Position numbers and translations under genes: made by a program. Below, in pieces: positions 48,578 to 62,902 of a stretch of DNA of 64,000 nt. The stretch comes from the human T2T-CHM13v2.0 reference genome, Homo sapiens. The stretch is taken from assembly GCF_009914755.1 (NCBI RefSeq), contig NC_060927.1. One strand, 5' to 3'. The notes below the pieces were generated by a model. That model saw nothing but the letters and a program-made list of their open reading frames with translations. It made no database searches and had not been told where the DNA came from. The stretch's first letter is position 1. Every line of letters starts with the position of its first letter.

Positions 48578-49092
48578 TAGCACAGACTTGAAGGAGTTTA
48601 AAAGGAGGCTGGAAATCAATACTGCACACTGCACATTTGCTCAGAATTGCACATCTAACAGGAAAAGAGGGAGAAGAAAGAAACTTCATTCAGAGGTTTT
48701 GTTAGGTTACAGATTATCACATTAATTTAATTACTACTAGGTAATAATAATGGGAGACTTGAGTGATAATAGGGGATTTTAAAACTCTACAGATGGCATA
48801 CCTGTGCCTGCTTCTGGGGTTGGAAGTGTGACTTCTTACACATAAAGCACTACCTAAGTAATTCTCTCTCTGTTTTGTGCCAGTGCTAAACTACTGATTA
48901 CTTGTAATTATGAAAAGAAATAAAGGGTGTCTATCATATGAAGATAACGCCTTCCCTAAGTCACATATCAGAATAGGAAGATATGCCACTAACTTCTAAA
49001 GAAGTTCAAACCCTGTATCCAATTTTAATGATAAAATAGCCAAGAGGTATATCGATGATGGAAATTAGCCACATGTACACTACATTTTTTCT

Positions 49093-49098
49093 AATAAA
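49093..49098 (+). terminator. Proximal poly(A) signal candidate
   Basis: AATAAA with an upstream TGTA and U-rich flanks. Confidence 0.6.
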
Positions 49099-50316
49099 GC
49101 CATTTCTTATATGACTCCTTATTTTAATCAGGTCAGAAGCCCTTGGCCATCTTTACTATGGTGATCAGGTGCTTTCCAGTGACTTCTGAGCATAGGCACT
49201 GTGTCTCCATCTCAACTTATCCTTGTTTCTGTGAAATACAATTTCATCTACTAGGCCCTTAAATAATTATGTGAGGGTGTCTAAATGTTTAATATGATTA
49301 CATTAAATATTGTATGAAAAAATGTAATTCCATTAGGATCTAGCACTTTGTTACAAGTGAAATGACAAGTCACATGGACATACTGTGTCTTCTGCCTGTA
49401 TATGGTGGCATGAGATGTAATGTCCAGAGCCAACAATTATTTACCAGGGTTAGATTTTATTCAGTGACCCTTGTTTAAAAATAATAATTTATCACATTGA
49501 AACTTTCAGCTCTGTCGAATGATTTCTGAATTACATCCTGTGTTTCAGCTTAGGTTGTAAAATACTCCGTTCTCTGTGGAGTCAGCATATTTGAGAGGGC
49601 AGCGTTTTGCCAGTACCTATCTTCTTTCTACAGAAGATAGCTTTTTAAGAAATAAGAGTTCCACATTGAGTGGCTGTCAGACACAGATTTCACTGTGACG
49701 TAAAATACACTGCAGTGAGAATATGGTATCACCACTATTCATATTTACATCATTCCCCTCACACAGAAAAACCAACCCTTTTCCCAAAAAGTCAAGAATA
49801 CTGCTATACCTTTATTATTCTCAGCTTCCTCCAGCCCTTCTTGTTTTTCCTCACTTGAAATTGAACCTTCATTGTCAGCTAAGTATATATACTTTTGTGT
49901 TTTCCTGGACAGAGTGCAAGTGGCTCTTATCAGCCAAGGTGGTGAAGGTTCAGGAAAGCTGGGCAGCACTGGGCCCTGCTCCTCTCTGCACCTGTGTGCG
50001 CCATGACACACCCACATGCAGATTCCCAAGTCTGTCTCCCCTCCCCCTTAGCAAGTACAAGGCTGTGCATTAACTCACCTCGGTCCTAGAGGAGTATCCT
50101 AGTACTGCTTGGCAACTTCTAAGACCCTAACTTGTGAAACTAGGGAAGTAAGAAACCGTTCAAATTTAACATCTGTCTTCAGTCATCTTTAAATCGTCTC
50201 TCTTTATAAACACTCTGCTCACTTAGCAGAAGGACTGAAGGAACTAAGGAACTTGCTAAAGAGAAGAAGAAAACAAAAGCTAGACTTAGTTCCAGTTAAT
50301 TCTGTTATTCTTCTGA

Positions 50317-50639
<323 letters not shown>

Positions 50640-50861
50640 TGAAGATGATTCAAAGCCAGCCATTAAGGATATCCGTAGACCATGACCCGGATGCTAAATA
50701 AGCACCACCCCTTCCTGTTCAGAGGGAAGAGAGAAAGGAGAGGGAAGAATTATAAGGTATTTGGTTTTAGTCCGAACTATTATGTTTGAGGATGTTGTGG
50801 TATAACATTCTGCAATAGTAAGATTTCTTGTGTAGAACATTTTAATTATGGTTAATTGCAC

Positions 50862-50990
50862 TTTTTTTTTTTAAGGGACAGGATCTCAGTATGTTGCCCA
50901 GGCTGGACTCAAACTCCTGGGCTCAAGTGATCCTCCTACCTCAGCCTTCCGAGTAGCTGGGACTACAGGCATGCACCACCACACCAGGCT
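50862..50990 (-). mobile_element. FLAM/Alu monomer, antisense
   Basis: tatgttgcccaggctggactcaaactcctgggctcaagtgatcc. Confidence 0.85.
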
Positions 50991-52170
50991 TAATTCTTCT
51001 TTTAACACAAAGTAGAATAACACTCTAAAAGTATTACCTAAATGACTAATTAGTTCAAAACATCCCAAGTGGTAGTGATTAAAAATTCTTGCATTGTTCA
51101 GAATTCTTGTTTTTAGAATACATGAGGTGAGACGAGTCCCTGTACTTTGTTTGTATGTGCTTACCCCTCCAGCAGGTAATTGTTCTAATTATAAACTGCA
51201 ACTGTTTTAAGTGATCAAAAATTTCATATACCAAACCTGACAGGAAGGGAACCAAAAGGCTTGGGGGTGGGGAGAAGATTACACATCATTTACTTGAATA
51301 TTGCAAATCATATTTTCTTTTTGTTTTTATTTCTGTCATGCATCAAAATAGACCAGCTGCTTTCTTTGCACTTTCTAACCATTATAGAATCCTAATGAAA
51401 TGTTACAGCTGAAAGAAATCTTAACCCTTCACTAATCCAAACCCTCATTTTAGAATTTATAGAAATGATTCTAGAGAGGTAAAGTACAACTGAGGCTCAC
51501 AGTTTCTGACTCCTAAACCAGGTGTTTTTTTCCTACCTCACAGAAGCTTAATTTAGACCATTTTGGGTGTGCATGAATACCTTCATGTTAAAAAATGATA
51601 GGGCTTTAACAGTAAGCTTCCATTATTGAGTATGGGAAGTACAAGGATTAAGTTAAGGTGATTATTTGGTTTATAAGTAAAATTCTTTTTTCTCCATCAC
51701 TATCCTGAAGATGCTCTGTCAGCTCTTAGCCCTTGGGTTGTAATGACATCATGTAAAAAGATTCTGATGAATAATTCAATCCCATAAACCAAGTCAACAC
51801 CAATATTAATTGGTAAGGACATGCTGTAGTGCAGGTTCCCTGTGGCTTATCAATTAATACTTCACAGTTTATGGGAAGAAGCATTTTTTAATATGATCCC
51901 TGGTGGAGGTATAGGAACAAGACAGTTGTATACACAAATGCATTTCACTGGAGGATGGAGCTAATTACGAGAGAATCAAATACAAATGTAATTTTGTATA
52001 TTTAAATATATATGGCCTGAGGGCCAAGTTTTTTCGTAGATCATGTACTCATGTTTAATTATGGAGAATGTTTACAGCTTGTTTTTATGAAGCCCTTCTA
52101 ATGAGAGATCTAAGCTAAGGGATTTTAAATTGAAGAGGTTAAATCCCCATCTACTTAACTTTTAATTAGT

Positions 52171-52202
52171 TTTTTGTTTGTTTGTTTGTTTGTTTGTTTT
52201 TT
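52171..52202. repeat. (TTTG)n microsatellite
   Basis: About 6 units of tttg. Confidence 0.9.
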
Positions 52203-54388
52203 ACTATTTTACTAAAATCCAGGCATTCATCTTACTGTTTGCATAAGTACAAGCTTCACTTTAGGCTCAAGATTGAATAAAAATGCATAGCAAATTTGCT
52301 TTAAATTAATGTTTAAAAAATCACATTGCACATTTGTCCCTGAAATAAGTACAGAAATTACTATCATTTTGCCATATTAAGGCAAGTACTAAAGCTGTGA
52401 TATGAAGAAAATGTCATATTAAAAAAGAAATGCAGGAAACTATGAGAACATTTTATCAAGCCTATTTTATGAATATCGGAGAAAAATGCAATTCCACTTT
52501 GATTTGGAATTATATTCATGCAGAAGGGACAAGATAGTTTATTTCTTTACTATCAGACAGTGTGCTGGTCTGTTAGGAAATGTGAGCAATACTCAGAGGG
52601 AATGTTTCTGGGTGTCAGAAAGTCAGTTCAAGAAAGTGGAACAGGACTTTACAGTGGGCTGTGGGGTACTTTGTGCTCAGTAGAGGCGGGGTGGCCTGCT
52701 CACTCAGCAGACATCTTGGCTCTCGAGCTCATTTCCTCACGTGTCCTTCTGGTTCAGATGGAACCTCAAACTTAGGAGAGGATTCCAGGAACTAATACAG
52801 AGGCCCGTAGGGGTCCCTTGGAGGGTGTCATCTCTGGCCAGGGGGATGGGAGTGATACAGGCAGTTACATGGCCCTCAGTCTCTCTGATTTACATTTGTT
52901 TGTGGTCAGGATTTAGATCACTTTATGATTTTCTGAGGCTCTGACTCGTCAGATACCTTTCTCAACCCTTGGATGAATCTGACCTCAGCTCTGTCCCTGA
53001 GACCTTCCACTTTCTTGAACTGACTTTCTGACACAGGCTTCTTCACCCTCAACCCCTCTCCAGGATCCCCAGCAGAAATCCATTCTCATTCCCGAATAGG
53101 AAATAAGGCCATACGCTCAGAGTTTCCTCTCCTGAACGAGACGCTAGCAAGCTCAGAACATGAGTAAGCCCAGGTGCTCCAGAAAGATTTAACAGGTCTT
53201 CTCACAGCTAAGCTTTAGAAGTTCGAGTATTTCCTTGATATGGGAATTTCAAAGGTCTCTAACAAGTTTCTATAGTTATTACTTGTTGCATTTTTAGAAT
53301 ATGGGCTAATTGCTTTATGTGGTCTTTTGGTTGTGCTCTAGAATCTGATAAGCCTCAAACAGTAGCTTTCCATCTTAGCCCACTCTCAAAAAGAGAGAAC
53401 AAAAAGCTACCCAGCCCCAGCTGTTCTGTTCATTCAACAAGGGAGAATTAAACTTTTTTTTAACCTAGCTAAAAAATGAAAGCATAGAATTGATTTCAGT
53501 AGCTTTGATGAAATAATCAAAACACATCAAGCTATTTTAACTCTAAACGTGCTTGCTGGACATAGTACATTGTAAGGCTTGGGACTCCAAAGGGAGTCAG
53601 AATATCAACCCAAACATCACAGAACTCTTCGCATTCCCTACTTTATAAATTCTTCTGATTTATAAAGACAGCTTCTGCAACCTTGAACAAAATGGCAAGG
53701 ATAACTTGGAGAAACTGTCAGTTTACCTTAATGTTAGAAAATGATACTTCTTTTAAAGCACTGTTTAATTTAGGCTTCATCTAATTCTAATTGGCTTTCT
53801 CATTTACCCAGAACGATCATAGAATCAAAGAAATGATCTAATTCAGCCACCTCATTTTACAAATCAGTAGAGAACCTTTTAGGTTAAATGACACAGCCAG
53901 GTTTTAGCAGATCACTTGGCTCCTAGACCAGCATTCAATCCCTAAATGATCAATGTGTTAGCCATAAGTAATTCTTTTAAGTAATTTTTTTCATTTCTTT
54001 TAGAGTTTTGAAAATTACATGAGAAATACATGAGTGTATAACTATTATAAAATAGTACAGGAATAGAAAGTAAAGTCTACCTCCATACAAACATGCTGTT
54101 TAATCCATTCTCTCCAGAGGGTATCATCATTCATTCTTTCAGAAGAAACTTGTGTATACATTTACATATCTATGTATAAAAACTCGGGGGGCATTTAAAA
54201 TCGAGTCACCTAGGGATCTCTTTCTTGGACCATATTGGTATAAACTTTATGGGCAGAAGCAGAAGTTTCTGAGATCCTTATTTCTCTCCCAGATGAATCT
54301 GTCAGATGTAGCATATTGTGGTTAATGTAGGTGTTTCACAGACCTGCTTATGTACCATCAAGCTTTATCATATTCTAAAGTTCAAAAG

Positions 54389-54438
54389 TGAGTTCCAATA
54401 TGCATTATTGAGTTGAGTTCCAATATGCACTATTGTGT
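54389..54438. repeat. 25-bp tandem duplication
   Basis: tgagttccaatatgca(t/c)tattg(a/t)gt twice. Confidence 0.85.
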
Positions 54439-54619
54439 TTTCTTACTGGAAATACAATTTCTGTTCTTAACACCATCAACTAAGCTCCCTGTACTGTGAG
54501 AAAAGAAAGTGAGTAACCGACCTATGAAATCCATATAGATTTCCTCCACAGGACTTTCTTGGCTTCCCTGTCTCTGCAGAGGCACACAATATTATAGAAA
54601 ACAGAAGCCAAAAGAATAA

Positions 54620-54843
<224 letters not shown>

Positions 54844-55189
54844 CTTGTGCAATTTCGTTTTTTGAAAAAATAGCTAATGGAGATTCTGATAATTCTTATT
54901 GTTTCCTGGTCAACTTCTGTGTCTTTCCTAATTTTCAAGCTGTCAGTAGAAATGATGAACTGTAGCAGGCCAGAAGCTCAGCTTCATTTGGTCACTTTTT
55001 CCTTTCCTGTCTTCTTGCCCATCCAGCTTTCCCCTTTCTGATGGTGTCTTCTTATTTCTGACAATGCTTGGGAGCGAGCTGTGTGACACCCAGATTTTAC
55101 GAGTTGCCAGCGGTGGAGAGGAGAGAGCCGGGCATGCAGATTCTTCATGGACCCTACTAGAGAGGACAGAGAAAAAGAGCACTGGTGTA

Positions 55190-55330
55190 GGAGCCCACGG
55201 GTCTGGCTCTTAACCCTGGCCTGGTGACTTCAGCTATTTGACCTTGAGCAAGTCACTTCATTTCTCCTTTAGCAACATCTCTAAAATGAGGGAGTGAGCA
55301 AAAATGTTCCCTTAGATTTCTTCTAATTCA
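55190..55330 (+). mobile_element. MIR
   Basis: tgaccttgagcaagtcacttcatttctc core. Confidence 0.65.
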
Positions 55331-55967
55331 GAAATACCAGTTGATTCTTATTTAAATATGAACATGACCAAAGCATGTGCAGTCTGTAAAGCTGGAGAGG
55401 TGCCCAGCACCTTGGTGTTTCCATTTGTGCGGTAGCCCCCCTCATGTGAGCCCTGTACGTGAACATATGAAATCTTATGCTGCATCCACATTCAATAAGA
55501 AGAAATTGCTTTTTCAGTGTCTGTGGGAGGAGATAAGCTGCAGGTGCTGTTTATTTTCCCAAAGGACTTTATATATGAAACACAGGGTTTATTAAATGTA
55601 TCAAATGCAATAAGAGAAAAATCTGTCATCTGATGTTGAGATAGCATACTGGGAGCCAGGTCGGGGTACTGCATTTGCTCACCAGAATCAGATCAAACGA
55701 GATACGAGTCCTTTGGTTTGATTGGATTCATCATGAGGCAGCATGGGTTTGCACTTGTAGAAATCAAAACTGTTAGGTCAGGTAGTAAAGCCAATCCTTG
55801 AACTTACATCTTTAGTTAAGGCATCAAAGAATTGTAAGTTGCTTTGCAATGATGCCATCTCCACATGGTCAGATTCTTCCAGTAAACTGTGCAAATATTT
55901 TACAGAATAAGAGCTAAGTTTCAGCATGTCAAGGAATGATCTGTACTCAAGTGTTAGTAAACAAGGG

Positions 55968-56267
55968 TTTTTTTGTTTGTTTGTTTGTTTTGAGACAGTC
56001 TCTGTCATCCAGGCTGGAGTGCAGTGGCATGATCATAGCTCACTGTATCCTCAGACTACTGGGCTCAAGTGATCTTCCTGCCTCAGCCTCCTGCGTAGCT
56101 AAGACTACAAGCGCATGCCACCACCCCTGGCTAATTTTTTATTTTTTATGGAGAAGGGGTCTCACTATGTTCCCCCAAGCTGGTCTTGAACTCCTGGACT
56201 TAAGCAATCCTCCCACCTCAGCTTCCCAAAGAGTTGGGATTAAAGGCGTGAGCCCCCATGTCCGGCC
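55968..56267 (-). mobile_element. AluJ, antisense
   Basis: (TTTG)n tail plus dimer. Confidence 0.92.
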
Positions 56268-56319
56268 AACAAGACTTCCTCGTGACTATAATGTGAGCAT
56301 AATATTAATAGCTCTGAGA

Positions 56320-56500
56320 GAGAGAAGTGAACCAGAAGACCAACCTCAGTGTCAGGAAGTCTGGGCGTCTGTCTTCTGCATGGCTGAAGACATGGGGCTT
56401 TGGGCAAGTCATCTGTTCTCTTTGAACTTTGGCTTCCTCACTTCTGAAATAGGAGGGTCAGAGAAGATGTTTCTTTTTGCTGAAAAGTTTTACAGTTCTC
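56320..56500 (+). mobile_element. MIR
   Basis: ctttgggcaagtcatctgttctctttgaactttggcttcctcacttctgaaataggagg. Confidence 0.65.
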
Positions 56501-56654
56501 TGATCTATACCCCTTGGTCACACACAACCAAAAAGTAGAAAACATGAGTGCAATACTTTTCCACCAGTACTCCCAGTTTATACATTATCTTCTCAAACCA
56601 ATAAGGAACTTCTACAAGGCCCTGTTAGTGATGTGTTACAGGTGCCAGCATTAG

Positions 56655-57134
<480 letters not shown>

Positions 57135-60100
57135 TAGTGACAATTTCCCAAATAATTATGCATAACAGGAGCCCATATATTGTTCTCAAATCATAAACCA
57201 TAACTGATTTTGAGGAAAAGACATTCTGTCCCACTGATATTCTTTTCATGAGTAAGATCTGGATCTGTCTGGAGGCACAGAATTAATTTTTGCATGAGGA
57301 ATCCCAACCCTACCATCATTCCATGGCTGAGGAATTGGTTATTACTCCTATGGGAAATTGGGAATGTTGTTGGTACCCCAGCCTTCTCTTAAGACAAAAT
57401 TTAACAAATGCATACATGCTAAGATGCTTATACTCATAAGGCTTTGTGGGTCTCCTTTCTAAGGGGAATTTGAATACTAACAAGAACAAAGGCTAAATAC
57501 CAAAAGGGGGCTTTCTAATGGTAGAATTTGGGATATCAGGTAGCCACATAGAGCAGGGCTACTTTGGGGGCTGGAGACTGCAGAAACCCTTCAGTTTATA
57601 CGTGTGAGTAAACCTAATCACACTTGATGTATTGCTAGTGAAGTCCCAGCCCCCTGAGCCTTTGCAGAAACCCAAAGAATGCTAAAAAGGGCAGGTTTTA
57701 GTTCCTGCCAATTATTTCATTTACTACAAATGCCCCGAGTTCCGAATTTACTTCCCTCCCCACCAGAAATATGTCATTTTGGAGGCTTGTGAAAATTAAG
57801 CATTAAGAAAATCCCGCCTCCATCCTAATACACTGCATCCACAAGTCCCAAACAAAATCACTTCCTTGGCCTACACACATAACTACCTGTTTCTGTTTAG
57901 GTCTGTGACTCAGAAAGTGCCTGGAAGAAGTCATGAGAGGGAGTCGATCCCATCTTACCTGCCATAGGAAGAATAGGGCCTGCTCAGTAGAGTTCAGTGT
58001 GTGTGTTGAAGGTGGTGGTTCTTAGTCCTTCCCTGAATTCACTAATTCGCATTGCACTCACTCTTCCTGATCAATGAGTTATTGCTGAGAAATCATTGTA
58101 GTAAGTAATACAGGTATCCCCAGTAAAGCCATCCCTCTCCTCCATACCTCTGCTGTCCCTTGGGTTTTGGCTCCAGGATCCTTGCCCCATGTCCCAAAGA
58201 ATCCCTACCTTGGGCCTCCCTCCTCCTCTTTTGTCAATTGCACTTGACCTTTTCAGGAAAAAGAAATCAATTGATACCTTAGTCCTAATGTTTGACCCTT
58301 TTCTATCTCAGAATAGAGAAGTCCCTGTATTTGTTCTTTTTTTACTCAAGTTTAATATAGACCACCTAGGCACAGAAGCTCCGTGCTATATTCTGTTGCC
58401 TGTAATTGTCCTTCCATCTAATTGGGAAAAGGTTACTCTATTGAACCATCTGCTGATTCCCTTACCTTTTCACTCTTTTGTCAGTATTCCTTTACCAGTA
58501 AATTCTTGGTTATCTAGGTCCTGAAGTTTCATTCATGTTTTTTTTAAAAGCTTTAATTTTTCTTAGGAAAACTGTTTCTCTCATCTTAAAGCAGACTATG
58601 ATCTTTTCTACTTTGTTATACAATCTGAACATAATGAACACTCTAAAGTCAGGCATGGATTTTATCATAAAAGCAGATCGTATTAAGATTTTTTTAAAAA
58701 AGAACCAGGATTGAGGAATCTGTAGCTAATAATTTAATAATTCACCAGCATGTTTTGGGCTCCCACTTCATGCTGGCCACTGGGCTAGGCACTGAGGGTG
58801 CAGAAGCAAACAAATCAGCCTCCTGGCCCTCAGATTTGCATTCCAGTGAGTCCATTCATAAAACCTAACTCAAAGCCAGCAACACCCCCAAAAGGGCTGT
58901 TGGAAGCTTTGTAGCTCATCTGTACAGCTGTCTTGATTCCTGTACGGGATCTTACTTTCTTGGGAAAATATGTTCTAAATCCTGTTTCCTTGGGCCATTA
59001 AAAATCCATGCTGTCCCTAATCAATATATAGTTATGTGTGACCTTCTTAGAATTAAAAAAATGCCGCTGGACAGCCTTTGAAGGGAAAGGCAGAGAAATC
59101 TGTTTTGATGGCTTGAAAATAAGTGAAAAGGTTTTTAGGGAAAGCTAACAAGCTTTCAAAGATTTCAGATCTGCCAGCATTCATTCATTAAGGCATGGGA
59201 TTAGGCCAAAAGAGCCTCCTACCAAGGGAGAGACAGGAACCATGTAAGGAGATCTGTGAGACCGCAGTGGAAGAGTATTGAAATAGAAGCCAGACCTGTA
59301 GACGTATTTGTTAATATGTGTGCCAAGCCAAAGTACAGGAGGAGGCTTGGAGGCATGGAGTTGTGGTGGAAGCAGGTTCTGAAAAGCAGAACTCTGAAGC
59401 TGGCTCATTCTCACCAAGTCATCTGGCCCAGCCTCCCGCCTCCAAGCACATCCTGCCTGCAGAGGGTCTGGCTAGCTGCCTTTTCAGCTCTCGAGGGATA
59501 GAGATTCTACAACCTCCCTCTGTCATCAGTTCCAGAGCCACTCCCCTTTGCACTAGTAGTTCTTGCTTTCAAAGAATGAGGGTGTGAGGGAGGGAGGGGT
59601 CAAGAAACAGAGTGACAGGGGAAACAGGCAGAACAAGTCAGGGCAAAGGACCCCAGCATGAAGAGTTGTGGAGGTGGAGGTGGGGAAGCAGCCTCACATC
59701 TCACACTTCCTTCCTTCTCTTAAATGTGAGCAGCTGACTCCAAGCCTTGTGGAAACTCTAGAAGGTAGAACCAGCCATCTGGGGAAGCTGGCCTTACAGA
59801 TGCCCCGTCTGGCATAGTGGAGGTTCCTGTGCTCTGAGAACGCAGTGTGAATCTAGACATCCACTGCAGCCTGGGAAGAGCTGTGTTTTCTTCAAAAGTC
59901 TTTAACTTTCACAGTCACCCCTCTAAAGAAATGTTCTCTGATTGAAGGCATGCTTCTATTCCTACTTTATTGTGTTTCATGCATTCTGCCAGAGTAATTA
60001 CTTTTCATACCAATTCTTGGATGCAGAGAAATCTCTGGTAGTCTAAGGGGATTTCGATCCAAGTAAAGCTACTATCTCCTATTCCATCCAGACTTTTCCG

Positions 60101-60919
60101 TCTGCCTCCATTCTCTCAGTCACATACCTAGAAGCAAGCCAGAAAGCCTGTCCAACCAAAATCACTCTCCAAAGCCCAAGCACTTTATTGTTCTCCCTGT
60201 CTGTTATCGAGCCAAGGTGTATTTGGCCTCATTTTATGCCATTAGTTGTCTGGCTTTCATGGCTCTGCACCACATTACAGTCAGAGCAGGAAGGCCAGCA
60301 GTGGAGATAGAATTATGGCAGAAACCCAGAGTAGAGGCCTCTGCTGGTGAGGGAGCCTGCAGCACTCTCCACGCTGGTGGGTCCTAGCATGCCCAACAGA
60401 CCCCCATCCCTTCCCATCAGCCTTGGGCCTTGAGTCTCATTCCAACTCATCCCCTCCCCTTTCCCTTCTTTCCAGTCCCAGGTGACACTTGATGCCTCTG
60501 ACTCCTTTGAAGAGGGCATCAAGAAGTGAAAGAACAAAGTCCTTTTCTGTTCGGGATCTGGGCCCATCCTGGGAGAGGTTTTTGGCAGAAATGGCTGCAG
60601 TGGAACCCTCTGACTGCCAGGGTGAAATAGTGCTCCAGCAGGCTGCGGTAGACTCGCTGCCAGAGTGGGTCAGGACTGGCCCAGAGGACAGGGTCGTCTC
60701 TTGAGAGTCCTCCCAGCTCCAGGGCCTGATTTTAAAGCAGTAACACGAGGATATAGGTTATATACAGGCTCCTGGAAGGCAGGTGCCGCAGCTCCTGTGA
60801 CACCCCATATGCCTGAGCAAGCTTCTCCAGCACAAGAGATGATGCAAGTATGAATGGGTACGGGGGGAGCTTAAAACCTGCCAACACTGAGACTTGATGC
60901 CAGGGGCCGTGCACCCGCT

Positions 60920-60933
60920 CTGCCACCTGCTAG
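60920..60933 (-). promoter_or_regulatory. Candidate CTCF motif
   Basis: Minus strand CTAGCAGGTGGCAG vs consensus CCRSYAGRKGGCRS (one mismatch). Confidence 0.45.
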
Positions 60934-61332
60934 GTCTGTGCAATGGTCAGAGCAGAGGTGTGTGATGAGTTCAGCTCCCAAGCACATCCACACTTAGGAA
61001 GTGTTCTGTGTGTTTTTAAATAATCCTTACCATGTAAAGATTGTATTACATTTGTATACAAAATTTTTTTGCATTTTACTTTTGTAATATTTGGGGTTTT
61101 ATAGATTTTTATTTTATGGCCAAGTATACTTTTGTAAGGAAATGTTGAAGTCTTGAGTATTTTTATTCTTTTAAAAAACTATAGTTAGTGTCAACTGTGA
61201 GCACTGATAAATATTATTCATGTGTGGTTTTCCTTCTTTTTAATCCAGACTTTTTAAGAAACTGTTTTGGCATAGAGCTTTACTTAAAATGCTGCTTCAT
61301 TTTACACATTGTGAATACTGAAGATTCTAAAA

Positions 61333-61338
61333 AATAAA
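61333..61338 (+). terminator. Distal poly(A) signal 1
   Basis: AATAAA, five upstream TGTA, GT-rich downstream sequence. Confidence 0.6.
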
Positions 61339-61454
61339 GATGCATTTAAAATCTCTGTGCTGTTCCATTGTAGAAATGGTAATGTGCATTGCTTTGCCAA
61401 AGTGGTAATTAAATGTTTAATGGTTTAGAACTCCTAGTTCACAACAGGGCTTCT

Positions 61455-61820
61455 CGTCATCACTTGCAGCGTGTGAGCTTCCAAATAAGCCGCCATTTCT
61501 TTGGAAAACGCACGCACTTAGGCATGGCGATCTCCTGTTCCGTTAGGAAATACGGTTATGTTGACATTATGGTTACTGTGCTTGTGGTTTTGCAATAAAC
61601 ATGTATTGAAAGCACTTGTGATAACGTGGTCCGCATTTTGTTTTTAATCAAACTCCAAATGGCAGTAGAAGTGGAGCCAAAGCTTCCTGAGCGTTCGGGC
61701 AGCAAGATGTGGTGAGAAAAAAAATACGAGCAAGGAAGCAGAGGCGGCTGGGCCAAATCCTTCTCCTCCGCAGCAAGCCCGGAGACGGGGATTCCGTTGT
61801 CTCTTTTGGAAATCCCCTGT
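61455..61820. promoter_or_regulatory. CpG-enriched candidate enhancer with NF-kB and YY1 motifs
   Basis: 18 CpGs in about 345 bp of non-Alu sequence; GGAAATCCCC at 61808-61817; GCCGCCATTT at 61489-61498. Confidence 0.45.
61594..61599 (+). terminator. Distal poly(A) signal 2
   Basis: AATAAA followed by cttgtg...cattttgtttttaa. Confidence 0.55.
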
Positions 61821-62109
61821 CCTCATTCATTTAAAAAACATAAAATCAGGGAGGGAGATAATTACATTTACCTTTGCCTGGATTTTATGGTGTTGGAATA
61901 GAGTGAGGAGCACAAAGCTCCTGGCACATTTTGATTGCCTCATACGTGTTCCTGGCCTTCTTCCCTCCCTTCCCTCTTGAGTCTTCAGCGTCTATTCAAT
62001 GAATGCTGGTTGGGTGAACACACAGTGTACCTATCTTAATGCCATATAGGAAACAGAATTCTTACCCTGATTTTTAAAAATAATTTTTCCATCATAAAAT
62101 AATACACAG

Positions 62110-62258
62110 GGCCAGGCACATGCCTGTAATCGCAACACTTTGGGAGGCAGAGGCAAGAGGATAGCTTGAGCCCAGGAGTTCAAGGCTGTAGTGAGCAGTG
62201 ACCCTGCTACTGTACTCCAGCCTAGGTGACAGAGTGAGACACTGTTTAAAACAAAAAA
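62110..62258 (+). mobile_element. Alu monomer/deleted Alu
   Basis: ggccaggcacatgcctgtaatc...ccagcctaggtgacagagtgagac. Confidence 0.85.
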
Positions 62259-62779
62259 CAGCTATTAAAGACTTTTAAATACAGAAAAGTGTAATGCTTT
62301 CTTCTTGCTGTAAATGTCTTTTAATATAGTACAGATTGTACTGTGTTTTTGTTTTATATTCTTAACATTATATCCTGAACATTTTCCCATAACAAGGAAA
62401 CATAATTTAAAATTTCATTTTATTGTGGGACATTAGGTTGTTCCTGAGGAGATCGATTCTGGGGAATACCCATTGTATATTTATCCTAGTTTCTGATGAT
62501 TTTGTTAGAAAAGATAACCAGAAAGCACGTTACTTTGTTCAGATATGAAGACTTTAGCTCCCGATATGTGTCCCCAGGTTAGTTCTTTAGCCAGCCCCGT
62601 AGGGTCTACTAGCAAATGAATGCATTTCAGGATTCTGCTCAGGTGAGAAGGGTGACAGGAGAGTGAGTCACACTGACCTCTTCCCCTTCCTGTTCTTTAC
62701 TTACAAACCACATGCCCTCGGCATGAATGGGCCCTATTTCACCTCTTTAGTTCTTTCTTATATAAAACACTGGACCTGA

Positions 62780-62902
62780 TAGCGGGGTGCAGTGGCTCAC
62801 GCCTGTAATCCCAACATGTTGCGAGGTCAAGACGGGAGGATCGCTTGAGGTCAGGACTTAAAGACCAGCCTGGTCTCCACCAAAATAAAAAAACACACAC
62901 AC
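62780..62902 (+). mobile_element. Alu left-monomer fragment
   Basis: gcagtggctcacgcctgtaatcccaac...gaccagcctgg. Confidence 0.8.

Noticed and set aside
48429-48725. 98-aa ORF overlapping the last exon
   Set aside because: Wrong frame for SLC49A4, begins in the intron, non-ATG start.
55936-56538. 200-aa ORF in the lncRNA region
   Set aside because: Mostly antisense AluJ plus MIR translation ([13 protein letters not shown]); no other coding evidence.
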